IMG/VR virus record: IMGVR_UViG_2880412407_000002
Source: a virus
Taxonomy: Duplodnaviria > Heunggongvirae > Uroviricota > Caudoviricetes
Direction: 5' to 3' (one strand)
Length of the DNA: 64,000 nucleotides
The notes under the pieces were generated by a model. It made no database searches. It was given only the letters and a program-made list of their open reading frames with translations, and had not been told where the DNA came from. Below, piece after piece: positions 26,998 through 37,512 of the stretch (position 1 is its first letter; each line of letters begins with the position of its first letter). The position numbers were made by a program, and so were the translations under genes.

Positions 26998-28965
26998 ATC
27001 CTGGTTCAGGATGCAGGCTGGGGGCCGGGTGACGCGGATATTTATATTTATGACGAGATTGGTTTCTGGGGAGTTACCGCGAAGCAGTTTGTCAGCGAAC
27101 TGAATGCACTGGGTGATATCACCCACATTAATCTCCATATCAATTCACCGGGTGGCGATGTCTTTGAAGGCATCGCCATTTTTAATGCCCTGAAAAATCA
27201 GGGGGCGACCATTACCGTGTATGTGGATGGCGTTGCCGCCTCGATGGCATCTGTGATTGCGATGGCCGGTGATACGGTCATTATGCCGGAAAATGCCTTC
27301 ATGATGATCCATAAGCCATGGGGATTCAGTGGCGGGGATGCTGAGGATATGCGCAGTTATGCCGATTTGCTGGATAAAGTCGAATCGGTACTGTTGCCAG
27401 CCTATGCGCAGAAAACCGGAAAAACCACCGATGAAATTGCCGCCATGCTGGCGGATGAAACCTGGATGTCCGGTGCCGAATGTCTGGCACACGGATTTGC
27501 TGACCAGGTGACACCCGCTGTTGAGGCAATGGCATGTATTCAGTCAAAACGTACAGAGGAATTTAAAAAGATGCCGGAATCCATCCGAAACATGATTACT
27601 CCGCCACGCAACAGTGCCCCGCGTGATACCACAGTGACAATCCCTGCACCGGCGGTAACAGAACCATCACCGGTACCGGCAGTGTCTGATGAGGCGACCA
27701 TTCGCGCCCGCGTTATGGCAGAACAGAAAGCCCGCATGTCAGGCATTAACGATCTGTTTGCCATGTTCGGCGGTCGCTATCAGACGCTTCAGGCACAGTG
27801 CGTGGCTGATCCTGACTGTTCGCTGGAAATGGCCCGTGAACGACTGCTGAATGAAATGGGCAAGGAGTCCTCGCCGACCAACAAAAATACACCGGCCCAT
27901 ATTTATGCCGGAAACGGCAATTTTGTGGGGGACGGGATCCGCCAGGCGATGCTGGCCCGTGCCGGATTTGAAAATGTCGAGAAGGATAACGCCTATAACG
28001 GGATGACCCTGCGTGAATGGGCTCGCATGTCACTGACGGAGCGCGGTATTGGGGTGGCCAGTTATAACCCCATGCAGATGGTCGGGCTGGCGCTGACGCA
28101 CAGCACCTCTGATTTTGGCAATATTCTGCTGGATGTGTCGAACAAGGGGCTGATCCAGGGCTGGGAGGAATCAGAAGAAACCTTCCAGAAGTGGACCCGT
28201 AAGGGACGCCTGTCAGACTTCAAAACAGCGTATCGCGTGGGGATGGGCGGTTTTGGTTCTCTGCGCCAGGTTCGTGAGGGGGCGGAGTATAAATACATCA
28301 CCACCTCAGATCGCAAGGAGACCATTGCACTGGCCACTTACGGGGAGATTTTCTCCATCACCCGCCAGGCCATTATCAATGATGATCTGAATATGCTGGT
28401 GGACGTGCCGATGAAGATGGGGCGTGCGGCGAAGGCAACGATTGGTGACCTGGTCTACAAGGTGCTGACGGATAACCCGAAACTGTCCGACGGTAAGGCG
28501 CTGTTCCATGCCGATCACAAAAATATTGCCACCGGGGGGATCTCCGTTTCCGGACTGGATGCGGCCCGTCAGATGATGCGCCTGCAGAAAGAAGGCGATC
28601 GTGCCCTGAATATCCGTCCGGCCTTTATGCTGGTACCGGTGGCACTGGAGACGGTGGCGAACCAGACCATCAAATCGGCCAGTGTGAAAGGGGCGGATGC
28701 AAACGCCGGTGTCATTAACCCTATCCAGAACTTTGCTGAGGTGATTGCAGAAGCGCGTCTTGATGCGGCAGACCCGAAAACCTGGTATCTGGCGGCGGCA
28801 CAGGGCACTGACACCATTGAAGTGGCCTGGCTGGATGGTGTGGACACGCCATACATTGATCAGCAGGAAGGTTTCACCACTGACGGCATTGCCACAAAAA
28901 TCCGTATTGATGCCGGAGTGGCACCACTTGACTGGCGCGGGCTGGTGCGTTCGTCGGTGGCCTGA
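26987..28965 (+). CDS. Fused prohead protease (ClpP/S49-like) and major capsid protein; 5' end has a frame discontinuity
   Basis: ClpP-like motifs (INSPGG, catalytic AASMAS) lie in frame 1 upstream of the first in-frame start (GTG 27217), with no start codon back to the portal stop; the only nearby ATG (26987) is in frame 2. Confidence 0.65.
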
Positions 28966-29052
28966 TAACCGCGTTATCACAATCACTGCCCGAAAGGGCT
29001 TTTTTTATGCCTGAAAAACAGCCCCACAGGGGCTGTCCGGAGAAACAGCATT

Positions 29053-29379
29053 ATGGCGAAAAATTTTGTACAGGACGGTACCACCATTGAACTGGTGAAT
29101 GCCGGAGATCAGACCATCCTGAGCGGTGCTGCGGTGGTGGTCGGCAGTATGGTGGCCGTGGCCATTACCGATATTCCTGCCGGTGAGGCCGGTGACGGTT
29201 TTGCCGAAGGCGTGTTCCTGCTGCCCAAACAGTCTGCTGACGACATTCAGTCCGGCGCGGTGGTTTATCTGAAGGACGGGGTTGTGCAGTTGGCTGCCGA
29301 CGGTGCGGTGGCCGCGGGGGTAGCCTGGGAAAATGCTCCTGCAAACAGCGCCACTGTGGCGGTAAAAATCAATGTCTGA
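29053..29379 (+). CDS. Head decoration protein-like
   Basis: 108-aa Gly/Ala/Val-rich ORF after the capsid gene. Confidence 0.45.
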   Translation: MAKNFVQDGTTIELVNAGDQTILSGAAVVVGSMVAVAITDIPAGEAGDGFAEGVFLLPKQSADDIQSGAVVYLKDGVVQLAADGAVAAGVAWENAPANSATVAVKINV

Positions 29380-29653
29380 TCTGTTTACGCGAATGTGTTG
29401 CCGGATGGACGTGGCGACCGTTCGGATGATGGGCAAACAGGCGGAGATTAACGGCGTCGTGTACGACGTGATGCCGGAGGAAGAGTCCGCGGAGATGGGG
29501 GCGCTTTCGGGCAGCCAGTTGTCACTGGTGGTGTTTTCAGCCCGGTACCGTCCGGCCCGTCATGATGTTGTTGTGTTTGAGGGCCGCACACTGACGGTGA
29601 CCCGTTATGACACGTACAACGGTAAACCCCGGATTTTTGTCGAACAGGAATGA
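29372..29653 (+). CDS. Head-tail connector (FII-like by position)
   Basis: 93-aa ORF between the decoration gene and Z. Confidence 0.4.
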   Translation: MSDLFTRMCCRMDVATVRMMGKQAEINGVVYDVMPEEESAEMGALSGSQLSLVVFSARYRPARHDVVVFEGRTLTVTRYDTYNGKPRIFVEQE

Positions 29654-30279
29654 GTATGGCAATAAAAGGTCTGGCGCAGGCCATGAAAAATCTGGATGCA
29701 ATTGACCGCCGTGCCGTTCCCCGGGCTGCCGCCACGACACTTAACCGTGTGGCGGAGTCCATCATCGCGAAAACGGCCTCTTCGGTTGCCAGGGAGCTGG
29801 CGGTTCCGCGCCGTCTCATCCGTGAGCGTATCCGCCTGCAACGGGCCAGCGCAGACAGGGTTTATGCGAAGGTCATCATCAACACCGGTAATCTGCCCGC
29901 CATAAAACTGGGGACGGCCAGCGTGCGGCTTTCCCGCAGAAAGCGACGAAAGAAAGGCGAGCGTTCGGTCACGAAAGGCGGTGGCAGTGTGCTGATTGTG
30001 GGGAAAAGACGGATCCCGGATGCCTTTATCACCCGGCTGGCTAACGGACGCTGGCATGTGATGCAGCGTATGCCGTGGGCATCATCGTCCACCGGCGCTG
30101 ACAGCAAAGGGAGGCCGAAACGCCACCGTCTGCCGACTGAAGTGGTGAAGATTCCGACTGCCGGACCGCTGGCAGAAACCTTTGAACGTGAACGGGACCG
30201 GATGTACCGGGAAAAATTACCGGCGCAGATGATGAAAGCCATGACGCATCAGTTACGTCTGGTGCTGAAAAGAAAATGA
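29650..30279 (+). CDS. Z: Tail completion protein Z
   Basis: Strongly resembles lambda Z (MAIKGL...RRKRRKKG...GGGSVLIVG...NGRWHVMQR). Confidence 0.75.
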   Translation: MSMAIKGLAQAMKNLDAIDRRAVPRAAATTLNRVAESIIAKTASSVARELAVPRRLIRERIRLQRASADRVYAKVIINTGNLPAIKLGTASVRLSRRKRRKKGERSVTKGGGSVLIVGKRRIPDAFITRLANGRWHVMQRMPWASSSTGADSKGRPKRHRLPTEVVKIPTAGPLAETFERERDRMYREKLPAQMMKAMTHQLRLVLKRK

Positions 30280-30291
30280 CTGGGAGGGTGT

Positions 30292-30689
30292 ATGAAACAC
30301 CGTGAAATACGGGCGGCAGTTCTGTCTGCCCTGAAAGAAAATATTTCTGAGAGGGTGAGCTGGTTTGACGGTCGCCCGGTTTTTATTGATGAACAGGAAC
30401 TGCCTGCTGTTGCTGTTTACCTGACAGATGCGTCTGCTGCTGACGAGTTCGTTGATGAGGGAACCTGGGAGGCGACACTGCATATTGAGGTTTTCTCAGG
30501 GCAAAAGAACCGGACTCGGCACTGGATATGTGGATGGAAGAAAAAATTCTTCCTGCGCTGGAGGCAGTTCCCGGGCTCAGTGCATTACTGCTGAAGATGA
30601 ATCTTCAGGGGTATGACTACCGCCGGGATGATGAGTTTATGATGTGGGGATCGGCAGATCTCCTGTGGAAAATTACCTACGAGATGTGA
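30292..30689 (+). CDS. U: Minor tail protein U; frame shifts at an A4 run at 30503-30506
   Basis: N-terminus resembles lambda U (MKH.E.RAAVL...FDGRP...PAVAVYLT...HIEVF); C-terminus ([11 protein letters not shown]...ITYEM) is in the +1 frame. Confidence 0.7.
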
Positions 30690-30696
30690 GGACGAT

Positions 30697-31449
30697 ATGG
30701 CAACACCAAATCCCCTTGAGCCGGTAAAAGGTGCCGGTACCACTCTGTGGGTTTACAACGGCAAGGGTGATGCTTATGCAAACCCGTTGTCAGACGATGA
30801 CTGGCAGCGACTGGCTAAGGTGAAGGATCTGACGCCGGGCGAGATGACGGCAGAACCCTACGATGATAACTACCTGGATGATGAAGACGCGGACTGGACC
30901 GCGACCGGGCAGGGGCAGAAGTCTGCAGGAGATACCAGTTTTACGCTGGCCTGGAAACCGGGAGAAGAAGGTCAGAAAGGGCTTATAGGCTGGTTTGAAA
31001 GCGGGGATGTGCGGGCCTATAAAATCCGTTTCCCAAATGGCACGGTGGATGTGTTCCGTGGCTGGGTCAGCAGTATCGGTAAGGCCGTGACGGCGAAAGA
31101 AGTGATCACCCGCACGGTGAAAGTGACCAACGTGGGCAAACCTTCTGTAGCGGAAGAACGCAGCAAAATTACGCCGGTCACTGCGATTAAGGTGACGCCG
31201 ACATCCGGTACGGTGGCAAAAGGGAAAACAACCACCCTGACGGTTTCTTTTGAGCCGGAAAGTGCAACCGACAAGACGTTCAGAGCGGTTTCCGCCGATC
31301 CGTCGAAAGCCACCATTAGTGTGAAAGATATGACAATTACGGTAAACGGCGTGGCGACAGGTAAGGTGCAGATCCCTGTGGTGAGCGGAAATGGTCAGTT
31401 CGCCGCAGTGGCTGAAGTCACCGTTACTGAAGCGGGCGCTGCAGGGTAA
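30697..31449 (+). CDS. V: Major tail protein V
   Basis: 250 aa resembling lambda V along its length ([11 protein letters not shown]...[38 protein letters not shown]). Confidence 0.85.
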   Translation: MATPNPLEPVKGAGTTLWVYNGKGDAYANPLSDDDWQRLAKVKDLTPGEMTAEPYDDNYLDDEDADWTATGQGQKSAGDTSFTLAWKPGEEGQKGLIGWFESGDVRAYKIRFPNGTVDVFRGWVSSIGKAVTAKEVITRTVKVTNVGKPSVAEERSKITPVTAIKVTPTSGTVAKGKTTTLTVSFEPESATDKTFRAVSADPSKATISVKDMTITVNGVATGKVQIPVVSGNGQFAAVAEVTVTEAGAAG

Positions 31450-31462
31450 ACGGAGGTCATAC

Positions 31463-31885
31463 ATGTTTCTGAAAACAGAACAATTTGAATATAACGGTGT
31501 GTCCGTCACGCTTTCCGAATTGTCTGCGCTGCAGCGGTTTGATTATATAAAGTTTGTTTCAGACGCAGAACAACAGGAGACAACGAAGCATGATGTCGTG
31601 CACATTAACCAGCGATATCTGGAAACGGCATCCCTGCTTGTGGCGATGTCGCTATGGCATTCCCATTCCCTCAAAGGCACTCTGGCCTCTCCGGAGACAG
31701 AGATGCAGCAGATCCGCCGTGAAGTGATGCTGGGATGGCCTGCTGATGCACTGAATCAGGCAACGAACCGGGTGCTTTATCTTTCAGGTATGCTGGATAA
31801 CCGGCACGATGCCGATCCTGAACCAACCGGGAAAACAGAAGCGACTGAGCCGGTAACATCAAAAAAGCATTCGAAGGCGAGCTGA
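31463..31885 (+). CDS. G: Tail assembly chaperone G
   Basis: Resembles lambda G (MFLKTE.FE.NGV.VTLSELSALQR...LVAMSLWH). Confidence 0.8.
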   Translation: MFLKTEQFEYNGVSVTLSELSALQRFDYIKFVSDAEQQETTKHDVVHINQRYLETASLLVAMSLWHSHSLKGTLASPETEMQQIRREVMLGWPADALNQATNRVLYLSGMLDNRHDADPEPTGKTEATEPVTSKKHSKAS

Positions 31886-32220
31886 ACTTTGTCCTGAAAC
31901 TGGCGCGTGAGATGGGGAGAGCCGACTGGCGCGCCATGCTTGCCGGGATGACATCCACCGAATATGCCGACTGGCGACGTTTTTACTGCACGCATTATTT
32001 TCAGGATACCCAGCTGGATATGCATTTTTCCGGGCTGACGTACGCCGTACTCAGCCTGTTTTTTTGCGATCCGGATATGCATCCGGCGGATTTCAGCCTG
32101 TTCGCTCCGGAGGCAGAGGAAGGGCAGGCGGAGACGCCGGACGAAAATGATGTACTGATGCAGAAGGCGGCGGGCCTCGCCGGTGGAGTCCGTTTCGGGG
32201 AGGAGGGAAGGAGGTTGTGA
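31463..32220 (+). CDS. Tail assembly chaperone GT produced by -1 ribosomal frameshift at A_AAA_AAG (31861-31867)
   Basis: The -1 frame after the slippery heptamer runs open to stop 32220, encoding the T moiety. Confidence 0.6.
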
Positions 32221-32263
32221 CAGTTATTGATGGTATCAGAGGACATTTCAGGAGGTGACCACG

Positions 32264-34908
32264 ATGGCAGGTAATTTTGCCGATCTGACAGCCGTGCTGA
32301 CACTGGATTCTGCCCGTTTTTCTGAAGAGGCAGCGCGGGTAAAAAAAGAGCTGGGTGAAACCAGTGCGCTTGCTGATTTGATGTCCGGGAAAGTCAGTCA
32401 GTCTTTCAGAAAACAGGCTGATGCTGCTGAGCAGAGTCTGAGCCGACAGGCGCTGGCTGCACAAAAAGCCGGGATATCAGTCGGACAGTATAAGGCTGCC
32501 ATGCGCACACTGCCCGCACAGTTCACGGATATTGTCACTCAGCTTGCCGGTGGTCAGAATCCCTTCCTTATCATGCTGCAGCAGGGGGGGCAGATCAGCG
32601 ATTCATTCGGTGGACCGCTCAGCCTGCTTACCCTGCTGAAGGAGGAACTTCTCGGGATCAGGGATGCCTCTGAATCATCAGAGGAGTCGCTGTCAGATAC
32701 GGCAAATGCACTGGCTGAAAATGCCCGGAATGCCGGTGAGCTGGGACGATTTATGTCGGTGGCCCGTGTGGCGGCAGGTGGCGGGGTTGCCGTACTGGCC
32801 GCGCTTGCTGCCGCCGCCTGGCAGGCAGAGCAGGCTGACCGGGCCTTATTGCGTTCACTGACCCTGACCGGAGGGGCTGCTGCCACCACAACGGCAGAAT
32901 TGTGGAAAATGGCCGGGGTGATCAGCGATGAAGCCGGTGGTGGTATCAGACAGGCGGCAGAAAATCTGGCCCGTCTGGCAGAAAGCGGGAAATATACCGC
33001 CGGGCAGCTACGGATCATGGGGGAAACCTCTCAGAGATGGCTGCAGACGGTGGGGGACGATGCCGGGAAGGTGGAAAAAGCCTTTGAAGGGATTGCAGCA
33101 GATCCGGTGAAGGCGCTGGCCTCCCTGAATCAGCAGTATAACTTCCTGAGCGTTTCCCAGTTACGCCATATTGATGAGCTTGAGCGCACGAAAGGTAAAC
33201 AGGCTGCGGTGACGGAGGCGATGTCCCTGTTTGCGGATGTCATGAATGCACGTCTGGAGCAACTTGATAAAGCGGCCACGCCGGTGGAAAAAATCTGGGA
33301 CGATGTTAAAACCTGGACTTCTGACGCATGGGCATGGATAGGTGATCATACACTGGGGGCACTCAGTCTGATCACTGACGTGGTGGCCGGAACCGTTGAA
33401 CAAGTGAAGCTGCTGCTTGTGCAGGGGATCTGGCGCTGGCTGAATTTATTCAGTCAGCCTGGGAAACGACAAAGAATGTGCCCGGCGTTGGTGCGTTGTT
33501 TGGTGAACTGGCAGAAGAGAACCGCGTATTTATTGAGAAAACAAAACGCGATGAACTGGCGCTGAGAAAATCCATTGCGGAACGGGATGCGCGTATACGC
33601 CAGGGGGAAATGGGGTACATCAACCGCTCGCGTGCAACAGGCGTCAGCAAAGGTCCTGGGCAGCAGGAAGCCGTCAGCCGTCTGGCTGAAGAGCTGACAG
33701 GTAAAAAGCATACATCACCGAAAACGCGCTCTGCCGGGGAGAGGGAAGAGGAGCAGGCAAGAGAGGCTCTGCTTGCCCTTGAAGCTGAGCTCAGGACGCT
33801 GGAAAAACACAGCGGTGCGAATGAGAAAATCAGTCGGCAGCGCCGTGATTTATGGAAGGCGGAAAGTCAGTATGCGGTCCTGAAAGAGGCTGCCACGAAA
33901 CGGCAGTTATCCTGGCAGGAAAAATCCCTGCTGGCCCATGAGAAAGAGACGCTGGAGTACAAACGCCAGCTGGCTGACCTGGGCGACAAGGTTGAACACC
34001 AGAAACGCCTGAATGAGCTGGCACAGCAGGCGGTGCGGTTTGAAGAGCAGCAGAGCGCGAAGCAGGCCGCCATCAGCGCAAAAGCCCGCGGTCTCACTGA
34101 CCGTCAGGCGCAGCGGGAGTCTGAAGCGCAGCGTCTTCGGGACGTGTACGGTGATAATCCGCAGGCGCTGGCCCGGGTCACCGGGGCACTGAAACAGACA
34201 TGGGCGGATGAAGACATGCTGCGCGGTGACTGGCTGGCCGGGCTGAAGTCCGGCTGGGGGGAGTGGGCGGAAAGTGCGACGGACAGTTTTTCGCAGGTTA
34301 AAAGTGCTGCCACGCAGACCTTTGACGGTATTGCACAGAATATGGCGGCGATGCTGACCGGTGCAGAGGCAGACTGGCGGGGATTCACCCGTTCGGTGCT
34401 GTCCATGATGACAGAAATCCTGCTTAAACAGGCCATGGTGGGCATTGTCGGGCGTATCGGCAGCGCCATTGGCGGTGCTTTCGGTGGTGGTGCATCTGCT
34501 TCCTCGGGGACGGCCATTGAGGCTGCGGCGGCGAACTTCCATTTCGCGACCGGAGGATTTACGGGGACGGGCGGCAAATATGAGCCTGCGGGGATAGTTC
34601 ACCGCGGGGAGTTTGTTTTCACGAAAGAGGCAACCAGCCGGATAGGTGTGGGGAATCTTTACCGTCTGATGCGCGGCTATGCGGAAGGTGGTTATGTGGG
34701 TGGTGCCGGAAGTCCGGCGCAGATGCGGCGGGCGGAAGGTATTAATTTTAATCAGAACAATCACGTGGTGATTCAGAACGACGGTATCAACGGACAGGCG
34801 GGGCCGCAGCTGATGAAGGCGGTGTATGACATGGCCCGCAAGGGGGCGCAGGATGAGCTCCGGCTGCAGTTGCGTGATGGCGGTATGTTATCAGGGAGCG
34901 GGCGATGA
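32264..34908 (+). CDS. H: Tail tape measure protein H; frame shifts at a G4 run at 33424-33427
   Basis: Two overlapping ORFs (436 and 476 aa) together about lambda H length; position between GT and M. Confidence 0.75.
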
Positions 34909-35234
34909 AAACATTTCGCTGGAAAGTGAAGCCGGATATGGAGGTGAACTCGCAGCCATCGGTGCGTGAAGTGCGTTTTGGTGACGGGTATTCGCAGCGT
35001 ATGGCGGCGGGGCTGAATGCTGACCTGAAAACATACCGTGTGACGCTTTCCGTGACCCGGGAGGAGGCCCGGCATCTGGAAGCGTTCCTGGCAGAGCACG
35101 GTGGCTGGAAGGCGTTTCTGTGGACACCGCCTTATGCATACCGACAGATAAAGGTGACCTGTGCCGGGTGGTCTGCGCGGGTCGGGATGTTGCGCGTTGA
35201 GTTCAGCGCGGAGTTTAAGCAGGTGGTGAACTGA
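34905..35234 (+). CDS. M: Minor tail protein M
   Basis: Resembles lambda M (MKTFRWKVKP...VRFGDGYSQR...FLWTPPY). Confidence 0.85.
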   Translation: MKTFRWKVKPDMEVNSQPSVREVRFGDGYSQRMAAGLNADLKTYRVTLSVTREEARHLEAFLAEHGGWKAFLWTPPYAYRQIKVTCAGWSARVGMLRVEFSAEFKQVVN

Positions 35235-35932
35235 TGCAGGATATTCACGAAGAAAGTCTGAACGAGTCGGTTAAATCAGAGCAGTCACCGCGGGTGGTAC
35301 TCTGGGAAATCGACCTGACGGCGCAGGGCGGTGAGCGGTATTTTTTCTGCAATGAGCTGAATGAAAAAGGGGAGCCGGTGACCTGGCAGGGGCGTGAATA
35401 TCAGGCGTACCCGATTGAGGGCAGCGGCTTTGAGATGAACGGAAAGGGCAGCAGTGCCCGCCCGTCGCTGACGGTGTCCAATCTGTTCGGTCTTGTCACC
35501 GGGATGGCGGAGGATTTGCAGAGCCTGGTGGGTGCCACGGTGGTCCGCCGCCGGGTGTATGCGCGTTTTCTGGATGCGGTGAACTTTGTGGCAGGCAATC
35601 CGGAGGCCGACCCGGAGCAGGAGCTGACTGACCGGTGGGTGGTGGAGCAGATGTCAGAGCTGACGGCCATGACGGCCTCGTTTGTGCTGGCCACACCGAC
35701 GGAGACGGACGGAGCGCTGTTTCCCGGTCGCATCATGCTGGCGAACACCTGTATGTGGGATTACCGGGGAGATGAATGCGGGTATAACGGTCCTGCGGTG
35801 GCGGATGAGTTCGACAACCCCACCACGGATATCCGTAAGGACAGATGCAGCAAGTGCATGCGCGGGTGTGAGATGCGCGGCATGGTGGCTAATTTTGGCG
35901 GTTTCCTTTCCATCAATAAACTTTCGCAGTAA
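35234..35932 (+). CDS. L: Minor tail protein L
   Basis: Resembles lambda L (VVLWEIDLT..GGERYFFCNE.NEKGEPVTWQGR.YQ...FGGFLSINKLSQ). Confidence 0.85.
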   Translation: MQDIHEESLNESVKSEQSPRVVLWEIDLTAQGGERYFFCNELNEKGEPVTWQGREYQAYPIEGSGFEMNGKGSSARPSLTVSNLFGLVTGMAEDLQSLVGATVVRRRVYARFLDAVNFVAGNPEADPEQELTDRWVVEQMSELTAMTASFVLATPTETDGALFPGRIMLANTCMWDYRGDECGYNGPAVADEFDNPTTDIRKDRCSKCMRGCEMRGMVANFGGFLSINKLSQ

Positions 35933-35942
35933 ATCCTGTTTT

Positions 35943-36686
35943 ATGACACAGACTGAATCAGCGATTCTGGTGCATGCCCGGCGGTGTGCGCCTGCGGAGT
36001 CGTGCGGCTTCGTGATAGGCACCCCGGAGGGCGAACGGTACCAGCCCTGCGTGAATATCTCCGCAGAGCCGGAGGCGTATTTTCGTATTGCGCCGGAAGA
36101 CTGGCTGCAGGCAGAGATGCAGGGGGAGATTGTGGCGCTGGTTCACAGCCACCCTGGTGGTCTGCCCTGGCTGAGCGAGGCGGACCGGCGGCTGCAGATA
36201 AAGAGTGCCCTGCCCTGGTGGCTGGTCTGCCGGGGGGAAATTCACAAATTCCGCTGTGTGCCGCACCTGACCGGGCGTCGTTTTGAGCACGGGGTGACGG
36301 ACTGTTACACCCTGTTCCGGGATGCATACCATCTGGCGGGGATAACGCTGCCGGATTTTGTGCGTGAGGATGACTGGTGGCGCAACGGTCAGAACCTTTA
36401 CCTGGACAATATGGCGGCGACTGGTTTTTACAGGATTTCCCTGCCTTCCGCACAGCCTGGCGATATCCTGCTGTGCTGCTTTGGCGCATCGGTGGCCAAT
36501 CATGCCGCCATATACTGCGGCAACGGTGAGCTGCTTCACCATCTGCCTGAACAACTGAGTAAACGGGAGAGGTATTCCGAAAAATGGCAACGACGAACGC
36601 ATTCAGCCTGGCGTCACCGCCACTGGCACGTATCTGCCTTCACGGGGATTTACAACGATTTGGCCGCCGCCTCAGCCTGTATGTGA
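35943..36686 (+). CDS. K: Tail assembly protein K
   Basis: Resembles lambda K (MTQTESAIL.HARRCAPAESCGFV...GEIVALVHSHPGGLPWLSEADRR). Confidence 0.85.
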   Translation: MTQTESAILVHARRCAPAESCGFVIGTPEGERYQPCVNISAEPEAYFRIAPEDWLQAEMQGEIVALVHSHPGGLPWLSEADRRLQIKSALPWWLVCRGEIHKFRCVPHLTGRRFEHGVTDCYTLFRDAYHLAGITLPDFVREDDWWRNGQNLYLDNMAATGFYRISLPSAQPGDILLCCFGASVANHAAIYCGNGELLHHLPEQLSKRERYSEKWQRRTHSAWRHRHWHVSAFTGIYNDLAAASACM

Positions 36687-37264
36687 ACACGGCAGCGGAA
36701 GCCATCCGTGCCCTGTCGATGCAGATGCCGGGATTCCGCCGTCAGATGAACGAAGGCTGGTACCAGATACGTATTGCCGGTGATGACACGGCACCGGAGG
36801 CGGTGTACGCCCGTCTTCACGAACAGCTGGGTGAGGGAACGGTCATCCACATTGTGCCGCGACTGGCCGGGGCCGGAAAGGGCGGACTGCAGATTGTGCT
36901 GGGGGCGGCAGCCATCGTGGGGTCGTTCTTCACGGCCGGGGCATCAATGGCGTTATGGGGTTCAGCCCTGGCAGCCGGTGGTTTTTCTGCCACCACGATG
37001 CTGTTTTCTCTGGGGGCCAGCATGATTCTGGGTGGTGTGGCTCAGATGCTGGCCCCGAAGGCTAAAGTACCGGAGTACAAAAGCACGGATAACGGCAGAC
37101 AGAACACGTACTTTTCCTCGCTGGATAACATGATTGCTCAGGGGAACCCGATGCCGGTGCCTTACGGTGAAATGCTGGTTGGTTCACGACGGATATCCCA
37201 GGACATCAGCACCCGTGATGAGGGCGGGGGCGGAAAGGTCGTGGTTATCGGGCGGCAGAGGTAA
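36584..37264 (+). CDS. I: Tail assembly protein I
   Basis: Resembles lambda I (LASP..ARICL.GDLQRFGRR...NTYFSSLDNM.AQGN); overlaps the K 3' end as in lambda. Confidence 0.8.
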   Translation: MATTNAFSLASPPLARICLHGDLQRFGRRLSLYVNTAAEAIRALSMQMPGFRRQMNEGWYQIRIAGDDTAPEAVYARLHEQLGEGTVIHIVPRLAGAGKGGLQIVLGAAAIVGSFFTAGASMALWGSALAAGGFSATTMLFSLGASMILGGVAQMLAPKAKVPEYKSTDNGRQNTYFSSLDNMIAQGNPMPVPYGEMLVGSRRISQDISTRDEGGGGKVVVIGRQR

Positions 37265-37512
37265 AAAGAATAAAAAAATCCCGCAGTGTATGGAGGCTGC
37301 GGGAACAGAAAATGAAGATTAACCACAGGGAGTTTTGTTTTTATTGGCCCGAAAAAACTGTAACGCCCGGGAATGATATCTGCCACGGGGGCGTACAGAA
37401 AATGTGAAGAAATTCAGAAATTTTATTCCGTCATGACACAGGCACCCTCCGGGGTGCCTGTCGTTTTTGGGGCATAAACAGATTCAGACATCAGACAGGA
37501 GAGGGGGACAGA

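Noticed and set aside
35401-36850. Long antisense and alternate-frame ORFs across the L, K and I tail genes
   Set aside because: They lie on the opposite strand or off-frame within strongly conserved tail genes in GC-rich DNA.
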